DNA of 64,000 bases, taken from the NCBI GenBank assembly GCA_038851755.1, contig JAWCKR010000001.1, positions 53,637-117,636 of the forward strand. The letters run 5' to 3'. Made by a program: the position numbers and the translations under genes. The notes below the pieces were generated by a model. The model saw only the letters and a list, made by a program, of their open reading frames with translations, was not told the origin of the DNA and searched no databases. The DNA comes from Candidatus Hadarchaeales archaeon (GTDB lineage Archaea; Hadarchaeota; Hadarchaeia; Hadarchaeales; WYZ-LMO6). Positions 30,677-40,593 of the stretch are shown piece after piece. Numbering within the stretch: position 1 is the stretch's first letter; every line of letters begins with the position of its first letter.

Positions 30677-31713
30677 GGGACATCCACACCATCGACCTCC
30701 CCACCAGAGTGGTGGTGGGGAGAAAGGTGATCGAGAAGGTGGGGGAGACCTGCAGGGAGCTGGGCTTGAGGGGGAGGGTCCTGGTGCTCTCTGGTCCCCA
30801 CACCCAAACCAGGGCCGGAAGGAGGGTGATCACCTCACTGGAGGAAGAGGGCTTCGAGCCCAACCTCCTCAGGGTGGAGGGGGAACCCCTGGAGGAGGTG
30901 GAGGAGGAGATCCGGAGGACCAGGCCCTCCTTCCTGGTGGGGGTGGGGGGAGGGAGGGTGATAGACCTGGCCAAGTACTCCTCCTCGAGGGCCCGTCTTC
31001 CCTTCCTCAGCGTCCCCACCGCCGCCTCCCACGACGGCATCGCCAGCTCCAGGGCCTCCCTGCGCAGGCTGGGACCCCTCTCCGTGGACGCACGCACCCC
31101 CCTCGCCATCCTGGCCGACGTGGAGGTGATCTCCCGTTCCCCCCACCGCCTCACGGCGAGCGGGTGCGGTGACCTGATGGCCAAGTTCACCGCCGTGAGG
31201 GACTGGAGGCTCTCCCACCTCCTCACGGGGGAGTACTACGGGGACTACTCCGCACAGCTGGCCCTGATGAGCGCGGAGGTGACGGCGCGCAACTCCAAGC
31301 TGATAGGGGAGGGAAAGGAGGAAGGGGTGAGGGTGGTGGTGGAGGCCCTCATCAGCTGCGGGGTGGCCATGTGCATCGCCGGCAGCTCCAGGCCCTGCAG
31401 CGGCTCGGAGCACTCCTTCGCCCACGCGCTCGAGGAGGTCTCCCCCAACCCCTCCCTGCACGGGGAGAGGTGCGGGGTGGGCACCATCCTCATGGCCTAC
31501 CTCCACGGGATGAACTGGAAGAGGGTGCGCAGGGTCCTCTCGGAGGTGGGAGCACCCACCACGGCGGAGGAGCTGGGAGTGGAGGGGGAGGCGGTGGTGG
31601 AGGCCATGCTCAGGGCCAGGGAAATCAGGCCCGAGAGGTTCACCATCCTGAACAGGAAAAAGCTGAACAAGGAGATGGCGAGGAGGATAGCGGAAAAAAC
31701 GGGAGTGGTCTAG
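30673..31713 (+). CDS. egsA: Glycerol-1-phosphate dehydrogenase [NAD(P)+]
   Basis: 346 aa of the DHQS/glycerol-DH superfamily: ...VLSGPHT..., ...VGVGGGRVIDLAKY..., ...SHDGIAS..., metal ligands H..H. TTG start overlaps the GGGPS stop (TTGA). Confidence 0.88.
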   Translation: MRDIHTIDLPTRVVVGRKVIEKVGETCRELGLRGRVLVLSGPHTQTRAGRRVITSLEEEGFEPNLLRVEGEPLEEVEEEIRRTRPSFLVGVGGGRVIDLAKYSSSRARLPFLSVPTAASHDGIASSRASLRRLGPLSVDARTPLAILADVEVISRSPHRLTASGCGDLMAKFTAVRDWRLSHLLTGEYYGDYSAQLALMSAEVTARNSKLIGEGKEEGVRVVVEALISCGVAMCIAGSSRPCSGSEHSFAHALEEVSPNPSLHGERCGVGTILMAYLHGMNWKRVRRVLSEVGAPTTAEELGVEGEAVVEAMLRAREIRPERFTILNRKKLNKEMARRIAEKTGVV

Positions 31714-32804
31714 GAGGGAAAGCCCGTCTCGGAGAGGAGCTCCCGGGAAGAGTTCCCGAAGACCTCCTTTCTCATCTCCTCGAGCAGGAGGTCAAGGTTC
31801 CTCCCCTCCTTCGCGGAGATGGGGAGGACGGGAAGGGGGAGCCTGCCCAGCACCTCCATCTTCTCCCCCAGCTCCTGAGGGGAGAGGAGGTCCACCTTGT
31901 TGAGGGCCACCAGGATCCTCAGTCCCCTCTCCGAGAGGATCTCCAGACTCACCTTGAGCTTCCTGAGGATCTCCGACATGGGGTCGCTTCCGTCCACCAC
32001 CAGGACCACCAGGTCCGCGGAGTAAATCTCCTCGAGGGCCGCCTTGAAGGCCTCCACCATCCAGGGGGGCAGTCCCTCGATGAAGCCCACGGAGTCCGTC
32101 ATCAGGACCCTCTCGCAGCCCTTCACGGCCCTCGTCCTGACCGTCAGGGTGGTGAACATCCTGTCGTCCACCTCCACATCGGAGCGGGTGAGGGCGTTCA
32201 GGAGGGTGGACTTGCCGGCGTTGGTGTACCCCGCCAGAGCCACCAGCCTGAAACCCCTCCTCCTGCGCTGACCCCTCCTCTTCTCCCTCGACTCCGCCAG
32301 GGCCCTGAGCTTCTTCCTAAGGATGGCCATCCTCCTCTTCACCATGTCCAGGTACATGTTGAGCTCGTACTCACCCCTCCCCCGGAACCCTGGCTGCTCG
32401 ACCGAGAGGAGGTTCCTTATCCTCTCCCTCAGCCTGGGGAATTCGTAGCTGAGCCTGGCGTACTCCACCTGCAGCTTCGCCTCCGGTGATCCGGCCCTGC
32501 GGGCGAAGATCTCCAGGATGAGCTGAAACCTGTCCATCACCTCCACCCCCAGGGCCCTGTTCAGGTTGAAGAGCTGCGAGGGGGTGAGCTGGTTGGCGAA
32601 GATCACGAGCTCCGCCCCCTTCAGCCTCACGAGCTCGGCCACCTCCCCCACCTTCCCCCTTCCTATCTGGAAGGCCGGATCGGCCTCCCTCACCTGCACC
32701 ACCTTCCCCACCACCTCGTGCCCCATGGTCTCGGCCAGCTCCTGCAGCTCCCCCAGCTCGTCCCTTCCGCCCGGCTGCACCCTCTGCACGAGAACGGTAC
32801 GCAT
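31710..32804 (-). CDS. hflX: GTPase HflX
   Basis: N-terminal HflX domain plus G-domain: GYTNAGKSTLLNALT (G1), DSVGF (G3), NKVD (G4); 364 aa. Confidence 0.9.
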   Translation of the reverse strand: MRTVLVQRVQPGGRDELGELQELAETMGHEVVGKVVQVREADPAFQIGRGKVGEVAELVRLKGAELVIFANQLTPSQLFNLNRALGVEVMDRFQLILEIFARRAGSPEAKLQVEYARLSYEFPRLRERIRNLLSVEQPGFRGRGEYELNMYLDMVKRRMAILRKKLRALAESREKRRGQRRRRGFRLVALAGYTNAGKSTLLNALTRSDVEVDDRMFTTLTVRTRAVKGCERVLMTDSVGFIEGLPPWMVEAFKAALEEIYSADLVVLVVDGSDPMSEILRKLKVSLEILSERGLRILVALNKVDLLSPQELGEKMEVLGRLPLPVLPISAKEGRNLDLLLEEMRKEVFGNSSRELLSETGFPS

Positions 32805-32879
32805 CTCAGTAACTGGGTTTCCTGGAGTTTAATCCTGCCCCTCGGCGTCCCTATAAAGTGTACCTCCCAAGGGGGGAAG

Positions 32880-34649
32880 ATGCGGAGGCATGCGCACGCA
32901 GACCCCGGAGGGAAGAGGAAACGCGCCTCTCTCCTCATGGCCGCGCTGACGATGTCCCCCCTCATCCTTTCCCTCTCCCTCCCGCCAGCCGGTGCCCTCC
33001 GCCTCTCCCCCTCCTACACCTCGGTGGTGGTGGAGTTCCAGATCCTGGAGGACAGGACGGTAAGGGTGGGAGAGAACTGCGTCCTCAACCTCCCAAGTTT
33101 CTATTCTTCTATCACCATCAAGCGCACCCTTCCCTCCGAGAACGTGCAGGAGCTGGAGGCCTGGTGCGAACCTGGGGAGCTGAGGCTGGAGAACCGAACC
33201 GTGGAGGAGGGGACCGAGGTGACCCTCACCATCTCGTTCAGCTCTCCCTTCCGGGGGGAGCTGAGGTACGGGCTCTCCTACAGGGCGGCGGGATGGGTGG
33301 GCGGGGCTGGGCCCAAGTACGAGGCGGTGCTCGGGGGGGTGAGGATAGGGGCTGGAGGCTACCCCTACGAGAGCTACCGGATCACCATCAGGGGACCTCC
33401 CGGAAGCAAACTCTTCTGGCACGAGCCCAGGGATGCCGTTCCCTCGGCCGATGGCCTCTCCGTCACCTACTCCACCTCCGTGGGGGCACCAGGAAGCTTC
33501 GGAGGGATGCTCGCCACCTTCTACACCACGCCCGTCTACTACAAGCTCACCCTCACGGAGAGCCTGGGGAACTCCGGTGGGAGCAGCTGCGACCTGGTGA
33601 TGAACCTCCTCCTCTTCAGCGAGGGGAAGGCGCATTTCGCCTCGCTGGTTACCTCCGACCCTTCGCCCGGCAGCCTCTACGCGGACGAGGAGAACAACTT
33701 CTACGCCTCCTTCAGGCTGAAGCTGGCGCCAGGTGAGAACAAACGGGTAAAGGTGGAACTGGTGTGGAAGGTGGAGCTGTACGATCCGGGGATTTCCTCC
33801 GAGAACTCAGGTACCCTCGACGACCTGCCCCAGGGCATGGAGGAGTACACGGTGGAAAGGAAGTGGTGGGAGGTGGAGGAGCTGCGCCCCCTCTCCCTCC
33901 AGCTCACGGGAGGGGAGAGGAACCTCTACCTCCTCTGCCGCGAGCTTCTCCGGTGGATGGACGGCGCCATCGCCTACGTGCCCACCCAGGAGAGGCAGGG
34001 GGCCCTGGAGACCTACCGAAGGGGAGCGGGGGACTGCGACTGCCTGAGCGACCTCCTCATCGCCCTGCTCCGGTCCCTGGGCGTGCCCTCCCGCCTCTCC
34101 TTCGGCTGGACCGCGGAGGAAAACGGGGCTGGGAACCACGCCTGGGTGGAGGTCCATCTCCCGGGATGGGGGTGGCAACCGGTGGACCCCACCTGGTCGA
34201 AGGGCTCCGAGAAGTACCTCTTCAGGATGGACCCCCTCCACCTCTGCAGGGGCTCCAGGGGGCTGACCTCCTCCGACTCCTACCTCTCCAGGGCCTACTA
34301 CGGGGGCTACCCGGAGGTGGGGCTCGAGGAAGTCTCCCTCGTCCTCCTCTCGGAGGAGGAGGCCCTGCAGGAGTTCCTCCTCTCCGCCCGCACCCTTCTG
34401 TGCCTGGCGGAGGAGGGGGGGGAGGACCCCAGGCTGGAGGTGGCCCGGGAGAGCCTCCGGAGAGCCGAGAACGGCGGGGGAATGGAAGAAGCCCTTCGAT
34501 CCCTCTCCCTTTCCCTCTCGGTGCTGAGGGAAAGGGGGAAACCGCTCGAACTCCCCCGCAGGGTTCCCACCTGGGCTCTGGCGCTACTGGCGGGAAGTGC
34601 GGCGGCGCTGGCGTTGGCGCTGGGGCTGGGCCTGAGGAGGAGAGCCTGA
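32880..34649 (+). CDS. Secreted, C-terminally membrane-anchored transglutaminase-like (papain-fold Cys-His-Asp) protein
   Basis: N-terminal signal-like [22 protein letters not shown]; core [29 protein letters not shown]...[22 protein letters not shown] (TGase-like C/H/D); C-terminal TM helix [24 protein letters not shown] 32880 (alternative 32937); TATA-like ctATAAAg at 32861-68. Confidence 0.75.
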   Translation: MRRHAHADPGGKRKRASLLMAALTMSPLILSLSLPPAGALRLSPSYTSVVVEFQILEDRTVRVGENCVLNLPSFYSSITIKRTLPSENVQELEAWCEPGELRLENRTVEEGTEVTLTISFSSPFRGELRYGLSYRAAGWVGGAGPKYEAVLGGVRIGAGGYPYESYRITIRGPPGSKLFWHEPRDAVPSADGLSVTYSTSVGAPGSFGGMLATFYTTPVYYKLTLTESLGNSGGSSCDLVMNLLLFSEGKAHFASLVTSDPSPGSLYADEENNFYASFRLKLAPGENKRVKVELVWKVELYDPGISSENSGTLDDLPQGMEEYTVERKWWEVEELRPLSLQLTGGERNLYLLCRELLRWMDGAIAYVPTQERQGALETYRRGAGDCDCLSDLLIALLRSLGVPSRLSFGWTAEENGAGNHAWVEVHLPGWGWQPVDPTWSKGSEKYLFRMDPLHLCRGSRGLTSSDSYLSRAYYGGYPEVGLEEVSLVLLSEEEALQEFLLSARTLLCLAEEGGEDPRLEVARESLRRAENGGGMEEALRSLSLSLSVLRERGKPLELPRRVPTWALALLAGSAAALALALGLGLRRRA

Positions 34650-36008
34650 CCCGACCCTGGGCAACTCCTTCAGGGCCTTCTCCACCAGCTCCCTCGGGTA
34701 CTCGTAGTCCTCCAGCTTCCCCTGCAGGTAGGCGTCCCACGCCCCCAAATCGAGCATGCCATGCCCGCTGCAGTTGAAGAGGATCACCTTTTCCTCCCCC
34801 GTGCGCTTGCACCTCAGGGCCTCGTCCACCACCGCCCTTATCGCGTGGGCCGTCTCGGGGGCGACCACGAAGCCCTCCGCCCTGGCGAAGAGGTTGGCCG
34901 CCTCGAACACCTCGTTCTGGTGGTAGGCCAGGGCACCCACGTAACCCTCCTTGGTGAGCTTGCAGAGGAGGGGGGCGTCACCGTGGTACCTGAGACCACC
35001 CGCGTGGATGGGCGGGGGAACGAAGGTGTGCCCGAGGGTGTACATCTTCAGGAGAGGTGTGAGCCCGGCCGAGTCACCGTGGTCGTAGGTGTAAATCCCC
35101 TTGGTGAGGGTGGGACAGGCTTTGGGCTCGCAGGAGAAGGCCTGCAGCTCGGGCTTTTTCCCCGTGAGCTTGTCCATCAGGAAGGGGAAGAGGAGACCCG
35201 CGTAGTTGCTCCCCCCTCCCACGCACCCGAGGATCACGTCGGGATACTCCCCCGCCAACTCCATCTGTTTCTTGGCCTCCAGCCCCACCACGGTCTGGTG
35301 CAGGAGAACGTGGTTCAGCACGCTTCCCAGGGAGTACTTGGTGTTCCTGTGGGTGACGGCGTCCTCGATGGCCTCGGAGATGGCTATGCCCAGACTGCCG
35401 GGGTTCTGCGGATCCTCCTCCAGAATCCTCCTGCCGTACTCCGTCCTCTCGCTGGGACTGGGAACGCACTCCGCCCCCCATATCTCCATGAGGATCCTCC
35501 GGTAGGGCTTACCCTCGTAGCTAACCCTGACCATGTACACGGTGCACTCCAGCCCGAAGAGCATGGTGGCGAAGGCCAATGCACTTCCCCACTGTCCCGC
35601 CCCCGTTTCCGTGGTCAGCCTCTCCACGCCCTCCTTCATGTTGTAGTAGGCCTGGGCCACCGAGGTGTTCGGCTTGTGGCTCCCCGCGGGGCTCACCCCC
35701 TCCCACTTGTAGTAAATCCTGGCGGGGGTCTTCAGCATGCGCTCCAGCCTGACCGCCCTGTAGAGGGGGGTGGGCCTCCAGATCCTGTAGACCTCCCTCA
35801 CCTCCTCGGGGATGGGTATCCACCTCTCCTGGCTGACCTCCTGCTTGATCAGCTCCCTGGGGAAGATGGGCTCCAGATCCTGTGGGCCCACGGGCTTCCC
35901 CGTGGCCGGGTTGAGGGGGGGATCCAGAGGGGAGGGAAGGTCCGCCTGGATGTTGTACCAGGCCTTGGGCAGCTCCTCCTCGTCCAGCAGGAACTTCACG
36001 CGCTCCAT
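34584..36008 (-). CDS. trpB2: Tryptophan synthase beta-like protein TrpB2 (stand-alone)
   Basis: [25 protein letters not shown]... (TrpB2-type N-terminal extension); PLP-binding ...SHKPNT... and GGGSNYAG. No trpA neighbour. 66-nt convergent overlap with the preceding gene. Confidence 0.88.
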   Translation of the reverse strand: MERVKFLLDEEELPKAWYNIQADLPSPLDPPLNPATGKPVGPQDLEPIFPRELIKQEVSQERWIPIPEEVREVYRIWRPTPLYRAVRLERMLKTPARIYYKWEGVSPAGSHKPNTSVAQAYYNMKEGVERLTTETGAGQWGSALAFATMLFGLECTVYMVRVSYEGKPYRRILMEIWGAECVPSPSERTEYGRRILEEDPQNPGSLGIAISEAIEDAVTHRNTKYSLGSVLNHVLLHQTVVGLEAKKQMELAGEYPDVILGCVGGGSNYAGLLFPFLMDKLTGKKPELQAFSCEPKACPTLTKGIYTYDHGDSAGLTPLLKMYTLGHTFVPPPIHAGGLRYHGDAPLLCKLTKEGYVGALAYHQNEVFEAANLFARAEGFVVAPETAHAIRAVVDEALRCKRTGEEKVILFNCSGHGMLDLGAWDAYLQGKLEDYEYPRELVEKALKELPRVGSGSPPQAQPQRQRQRRRTSRQ

Positions 36009-36046
36009 CGGCTCTTCTTTTTTTTCACAAAGAATAAAAATGTTCC

Positions 36047-36769
36047 TTAAGGCACAAATCTGTTCTTCCCCAGGGAAAGGAGGAACTCACGGGTCTTGGT
36101 CCCCAGACCCAGCGTCTCAGCCCTCAGGAGGTCCTCCACCCCATCCACGTCCGTGGCCACCGTCTCCGACCGGTAAATCTTGGGCCTTATCCCCGCCCTG
36201 AGGCTCTCCCTCACATGGAGGGGGAAGCTCTCCCCTCCGAACCTGAGGGGGATCACGTCGGGCGGGCGCAGGAACAGGGCGTTGGTCCCCCGGGCGTAAG
36301 AGGGGGCGATCACCACCTCCCTCTCGGAGGAAGCCATCCCCACTATCCCCTCCACATCATCCACCCTGAGGAAGGGAAGATCGGCGGGGAGGATCAGGAC
36401 CTCCCTCGCTCCCTCCCTCACCGCCCTCCCCACCGCCAGCGAGAGGGCCAGGTTCAGCTCCAGCCCGGGCTCCCTCAGGACCTCCGCGCCCATCCCGGAG
36501 GCGAGGCGCAGGACCTCCTCGTCCGGTGAGACCACCACCCTCCTCATCCTCACCCTGGAGAGGACCCCCAGCATGTCAGAAAGCATGCACAGGACCAGTT
36601 CCCTCCTCTCCGGGGGAGTGAGGACCCCCTCGAAGGTGGACTTGGCCCTAGAGAGGGGTTTCAGGGGCAGAACCACCCAGCCTTTTCCTTCCTCCACGGT
36701 CTCCATGAACTCACGGAAGAAGACGCTTTTACCCCTTCGGAGGGATACGTGATTTATTACCGGGGGCAT
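36047..36769 (-). CDS. cofC: 2-phospho-L-lactate (or PEP) guanylyltransferase CofC
   Basis: ...[15 protein letters not shown]...; MobA-like NTP-transferase fold; 240 aa. ATG at 36769; a later in-frame ATG (36706, METVEEG...) is also possible and would remove the head-to-head overlap with cofG. Confidence 0.78.
   Translation of the reverse strand: MPPVINHVSLRRGKSVFFREFMETVEEGKGWVVLPLKPLSRAKSTFEGVLTPPERRELVLCMLSDMLGVLSRVRMRRVVVSPDEEVLRLASGMGAEVLREPGLELNLALSLAVGRAVREGAREVLILPADLPFLRVDDVEGIVGMASSEREVVIAPSYARGTNALFLRPPDVIPLRFGGESFPLHVRESLRAGIRPKIYRSETVATDVDGVEDLLRAETLGLGTKTREFLLSLGKNRFVP
36753..36760 (+). promoter_or_regulatory. TATA-like box (ATTTATTA) ~26 nt upstream of the cofG ATG (leaderless geometry)
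   Basis: gtgATTTATTAccgggggcatcgaggaaagggtATG. Box centre to ATG 36782 is ~25.5 nt. Confidence 0.4.
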
Positions 36770-36781
36770 CGAGGAAAGGGT

Positions 36782-37795
36782 ATGGACCCCCCCCGCAAGG
36801 TGGTGACCTATTCCCTGAACGTCTTCGTGCCCCTCACCAACTTCTGTAGGAACCGATGCGCCTACTGCGGCTTCAGAAGGGAGGAGGGGGAAGCCACCTT
36901 CCTCTCTCCACAGGAGGTCTTCTCCCTCGTGCTAAGGGGGAAGAAGGCCGGATGCTCGGAAGTGCTGCTCACGCTGGGGGAGAGACCCGAGGTCTACCCC
37001 TCAGCGAGGGAGAAGCTCAGGGAGCTGGGCTACCGGACCACCTCCGAGTACCTGGAGGACCTGTGCAGGCACATCCTCAGGTTGGGCCTTCTCCCCCACA
37101 CCAACGCGGGGGTGCTGAGCGAGGAAGAGCTGGGCAGGCTCAGGAGGTACAACGCCAGCATGGGGTTGATGCTGGAGTGCGCCGCCAGGCTCGAGGCCCA
37201 CCGGGAGAGTCCAGGGAAGGACCCGGAGCTCAGGCTGAGGTTCATAGAGAAGGCCGGGAGGCTCAGGATCCCCTTCACCACGGGCCTCCTGGTGGGGATA
37301 GGGGAGAACCGAGAGGACAGGAGGAGGTCGCTGGAGGAGATAAGAAGACTGCACGAGGAGTACGGGCATATCCAGGAGGTCATCGTCCAGCCCTTTTCTC
37401 CCAAGCCAGGGACCCCGATGGGCGGTTTTCCCCCTCCCAGCCCGGAGGAGCTGCTGGACACCGTGAGGATGGCCGCGGAGATCCTTCCCCCAGACATGGG
37501 CATCCAGATCCCCCCGAACCTGGTTCCGGATGTGGTGCCCTTCCTCGAGGCTGGGGCCAACGACCTCGGAGGCCTCTCCGAGGTCACCCCTGACTTCGTG
37601 AATCCGGAGCACAACTGGCCTCCGCTGGGGGAGCTCCGGAGGAAGGTGGAGTCCGCAGGTTTCGAGCTCAGGGAAAGGCTACCCCTTTATCCCAAATACG
37701 CGACCGATGCCTCTTTCATGTCCGAGGAGGTCAGGAAGGTCACCTCCAGGCTGGCCGATGGGGAAGGCTACAGGCGTCCTCTCCAAAAAGATTAA
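36782..37795 (+). CDS. cofG: FO synthase subunit 1 (7,8-didemethyl-8-hydroxy-5-deazariboflavin synthase CofG), radical SAM
   Basis: ...VTYSLNVFVPLTNFCRNRCAYCGF... (CX3CX2C) and the remainder typical of CofG. ATG (MDPPRK) at 36782; the track start is GTG 36749. Confidence 0.9.
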   Translation: MDPPRKVVTYSLNVFVPLTNFCRNRCAYCGFRREEGEATFLSPQEVFSLVLRGKKAGCSEVLLTLGERPEVYPSAREKLRELGYRTTSEYLEDLCRHILRLGLLPHTNAGVLSEEELGRLRRYNASMGLMLECAARLEAHRESPGKDPELRLRFIEKAGRLRIPFTTGLLVGIGENREDRRRSLEEIRRLHEEYGHIQEVIVQPFSPKPGTPMGGFPPPSPEELLDTVRMAAEILPPDMGIQIPPNLVPDVVPFLEAGANDLGGLSEVTPDFVNPEHNWPPLGELRRKVESAGFELRERLPLYPKYATDASFMSEEVRKVTSRLADGEGYRRPLQKD

Positions 37796-37820
37796 GAACG
37801 TGGGAACCAGAGGCTCCAAC

Positions 37821-38975
37821 ATGAAAGGGGGAAGAGCGAGGGGCTCCTCCGCCCTGGAGGGACGGTGGGAGAAAAGGCTGGCGGAGATAGACCCCCTCGT
37901 GGCCGGGGCCCTGGACAGATCCCTCTCCGGCAAAAGCCTGAGTTTGAGGGAGACGGCAGAGCTGCTCAGGACGGAGGGGAGGGAACTGCAGCTCCTCCTC
38001 CTGGCGGCGGACCTGGTGAGGAGAGGGCTCGTGGGTGAGGTCGCCACCTACGTGGTCAACCGGAACATCAATCACACCAACATCTGCACGGGCTCCTGCA
38101 GGTTCTGCGCCTTCCGCCGCCCCCCCTCCCATCCGGAGGCCTACTCCCTCACCCCCCAGCAGCTGAGGGCGAAGGTGGAGGAGGCCGTGAGGATGGGGGC
38201 CACCGAAATCTGCCTGCAGGGTGGTCTCCACCCCGACTTCGGACTGGAAACTTACCTGGACCTCCTCCGCATCATCAGGGGGGTTTCGGAGGAGCTCCAC
38301 ATCCACGCCTTCTCCCCCGCCGAGCTCGACCACCTCTCCCGGAAAGAGGGGATGTCCGTGGATGAGGTGCTGAAACCTCTCAAGGAAGCCGGCCTGAACT
38401 CGGTTCCGGGGACGGCCGCGGAAATCCTGAGCGACAGGGTGAGGGAGATCATCTGCCCGACGAAGATCAAGACGAAGAGGTGGGTGGAAATCGTCAAGAC
38501 CTGTCACCGGAGGGGGATACCCACCACCTCCACCATGATGTACGGAACGGTGGAAACTCCCGAGGAAAGGGCCGGACACCTCCTGCTCCTGAGGGAAATC
38601 CAGAAGGAAACGGGAGGCTTCACGGAGTTTGTCCCCCTTCCCCTGGTTCCCAAGAAGACCGAACTTTATTCCTCGGGCATCACCGGTCCCACCATAAGGG
38701 ACAACCTGAGGACGCACGCCGTGGCCAGGCTGGCCCTGGCGGGTTACATCAACCACGTGCAGGCCTCATGGGTGAAGCTGGGACCGGAGGGGGCCTGCGC
38801 CATGCTGATGGCCGGGGCGGACGACCTGGGAGGAACCCTGTTCGAGGAGAACATCACCAGGGAGGCGGGAGGGGAGTGGGGGCAGGGAATGACCCCCCAC
38901 CAGCTCAGGCTCCTCATCCTGCGGGCCGGAAGGATACCCAGGCAGAGGTCCACCCTCTACGAACTCCTGGACTGA
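37821..38975 (+). CDS. cofH: FO synthase subunit 2 (CofH), radical SAM
   Basis: ...YVVNRNINHTNICTGSCRFCAF... (CX3CX2C); ...LQGGLHPDF...; 384 aa from ATG (MKGGRARG) at 37821. The track ORF from 37707 overlaps the cofG 3' end. Confidence 0.9.
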   Translation: MKGGRARGSSALEGRWEKRLAEIDPLVAGALDRSLSGKSLSLRETAELLRTEGRELQLLLLAADLVRRGLVGEVATYVVNRNINHTNICTGSCRFCAFRRPPSHPEAYSLTPQQLRAKVEEAVRMGATEICLQGGLHPDFGLETYLDLLRIIRGVSEELHIHAFSPAELDHLSRKEGMSVDEVLKPLKEAGLNSVPGTAAEILSDRVREIICPTKIKTKRWVEIVKTCHRRGIPTTSTMMYGTVETPEERAGHLLLLREIQKETGGFTEFVPLPLVPKKTELYSSGITGPTIRDNLRTHAVARLALAGYINHVQASWVKLGPEGACAMLMAGADDLGGTLFEENITREAGGEWGQGMTPHQLRLLILRAGRIPRQRSTLYELLD

Positions 38976-39898
38976 CGGCCCATCTCCTCCAGGACCCTCC
39001 TGGCCAGCCTCCTCCTCTCCGCCAGATTCCTCATCCAGAGGTTGGCCAGATGCACCCTCATCCCCACCTCCTCCACGGAGGGAGCGAACTCCCTGTCCGA
39101 GAGGTGCAGGAAGAAGTGCCCTGCCACCTCCCTGTAGTACTCGGCCACCCCCCTGGGGCTCACCTCGAACCCCAGGGCCTCCATCAACTTCCCCGCGGGA
39201 CCGCTCACCGGGGCCCTCCCCAGAATGGGACTCACCACCCCCACCTCCTCCTTCCTCCTCCTCAGCTCCTCCCGGATCTTCCTGAGGGAGAGGATGGGCC
39301 CTATGCTGGTCACGGGGTTGCTGGGCCCTATCAGCACGAAGTCGCTCTCCCTGAGCGCGCGCAGAACCCCGGGGGCGGGCTCAGCCTCCTCAGAACCCCT
39401 GAACCTCACCCCCCTGACCCTCTCCCTCCCCCCTCGACCCACCCAGAACTCCTGGAAATGCACCCAGCCCCGGGGGGTGAGGATTTCCGTGACCACCCTG
39501 TCGTCCGTCATGGGCAGGACCCTGGCCCTCACCCCCCATCTCCTGCAGAGCTCGGAGGTGAACCGGGAGAGCCTCTTCCCCCTCCTGAGCTCCAGGGTCC
39601 TGAGAAGGCAGGTCGCCCTGTCCCTGTCCCCCAGCCTGAGGAGCTCCTTCACCCCCAGTTCCCGCAGGGCGAGGTGGGTCTCAAAGGTGTCGCCCCTTAT
39701 CCCCCACCAGGTCTCCTCGTTGATGAGACCGGAAAGGGTGTAGACCACGGCATCCAGGTCGGGGGAAACGTGCAGACCCGACACCTCCACGTCGTCTCCG
39801 GTGTTGACCACCACGCACAGCTCATCCTCCTCCACCTCCCTCACCATCCCCTGCAGGAGCTTCGGGGTGCCCGTGCCCCCGGAAAGGAGGGCGATCAT
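38957..39898 (-). CDS. cofD: 2-phospho-L-lactate transferase (LPPG:FO transferase) CofD
   Basis: MIALLSGGTGTPKLLQGM... and the rest of the CofD/YvcK-like fold; 313 aa. Confidence 0.9.
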   Translation of the reverse strand: MIALLSGGTGTPKLLQGMVREVEEDELCVVVNTGDDVEVSGLHVSPDLDAVVYTLSGLINEETWWGIRGDTFETHLALRELGVKELLRLGDRDRATCLLRTLELRRGKRLSRFTSELCRRWGVRARVLPMTDDRVVTEILTPRGWVHFQEFWVGRGGRERVRGVRFRGSEEAEPAPGVLRALRESDFVLIGPSNPVTSIGPILSLRKIREELRRRKEEVGVVSPILGRAPVSGPAGKLMEALGFEVSPRGVAEYYREVAGHFFLHLSDREFAPSVEEVGMRVHLANLWMRNLAERRRLARRVLEEMGRQSRSS

Positions 39899-39921
39899 CT
39901 CCCCAGCTCCCCCTCCCCCCT

Positions 39922-39939
39922 AAAAAGGGTGGGCTTTTT
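39922..39939. promoter_or_regulatory. Palindromic bidirectional promoter element AAAAAG-GGTGGG-CTTTTT between divergent cofD and the HAD gene
   Basis: Arms AAAAAG/CTTTTT are reverse complements. The minus-strand CTTTTTA centre is ~26 nt from the cofD ATG (39898). The plus-strand CTTTTTTT run is ~32 nt from the HAD ATG (39970). Confidence 0.4.
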
Positions 39940-39969
39940 TTCTTCCCCCTCCAGGTATCGGGGACCTGG

Positions 39970-40593
39970 ATGAGGGTAAAGGCTGTGCTCTTCGACCTGG
40001 ACGGGGTGCTGGTGGACTCCCTAGACGTCTGGTACAGGTCGATGAACGAGACCCTGAGCAAGTTCGGAAGGGAGAGGGTGGGGAAGGGGGAGTACCTCAA
40101 GAGGTACTGGGGCTTCAGCCTCTCCAAGAACTTCGAGAGGCTGGGGCTGGGAAGGGAAGCCGTGGACTACTGCCTCTCCCGATACGAGCACCACCTGGAA
40201 GAGATCCAACCTTTCCCCGAAACGAGGGAGGTGCTGGAAGAACTCAGGAGGAGGAGGTTCAAGCTGGCCCTCGTCACCAACACCCCCTCCCGCATGGTGC
40301 AGCGCCTCCTCTCCAAACTGAACCTGAGGGAGTTCTTTCACGCCGTCATCACGGGGGACGATGTGAGGAAGGCCAAGCCACATCCAGACGCCGTGAGAAA
40401 GGCCTGCCGCCAGCTGGAGGTCCCTCCGGAGCAGGCTGTGCTGGTGGGGGACACCAGAAGCGACGTGCTGGCGGGAAGGAGCGCCAAAGTGGTGGTGGTG
40501 GGAGTGGGGGTGGAGGGAGATGTCAGGATCGAGAACCTGAGAGACCTCCTCCTCTTCCTGAGGACCTCAGGAGAAGAGGTCCTTCTCCCTTGA
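39970..40593 (+). CDS. HAD-superfamily hydrolase (phosphatase / beta-phosphoglucomutase-like subfamily IA)
   Basis: MRVKAVLFDLDGVLVDS (motif I DxDG); ...LALVTNTP... (motif II); ...KAKPHPD...LVGDTRSD... (motifs III/IV). Confidence 0.8.
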   Translation: MRVKAVLFDLDGVLVDSLDVWYRSMNETLSKFGRERVGKGEYLKRYWGFSLSKNFERLGLGREAVDYCLSRYEHHLEEIQPFPETREVLEELRRRRFKLALVTNTPSRMVQRLLSKLNLREFFHAVITGDDVRKAKPHPDAVRKACRQLEVPPEQAVLVGDTRSDVLAGRSAKVVVVGVGVEGDVRIENLRDLLLFLRTSGEEVLLP

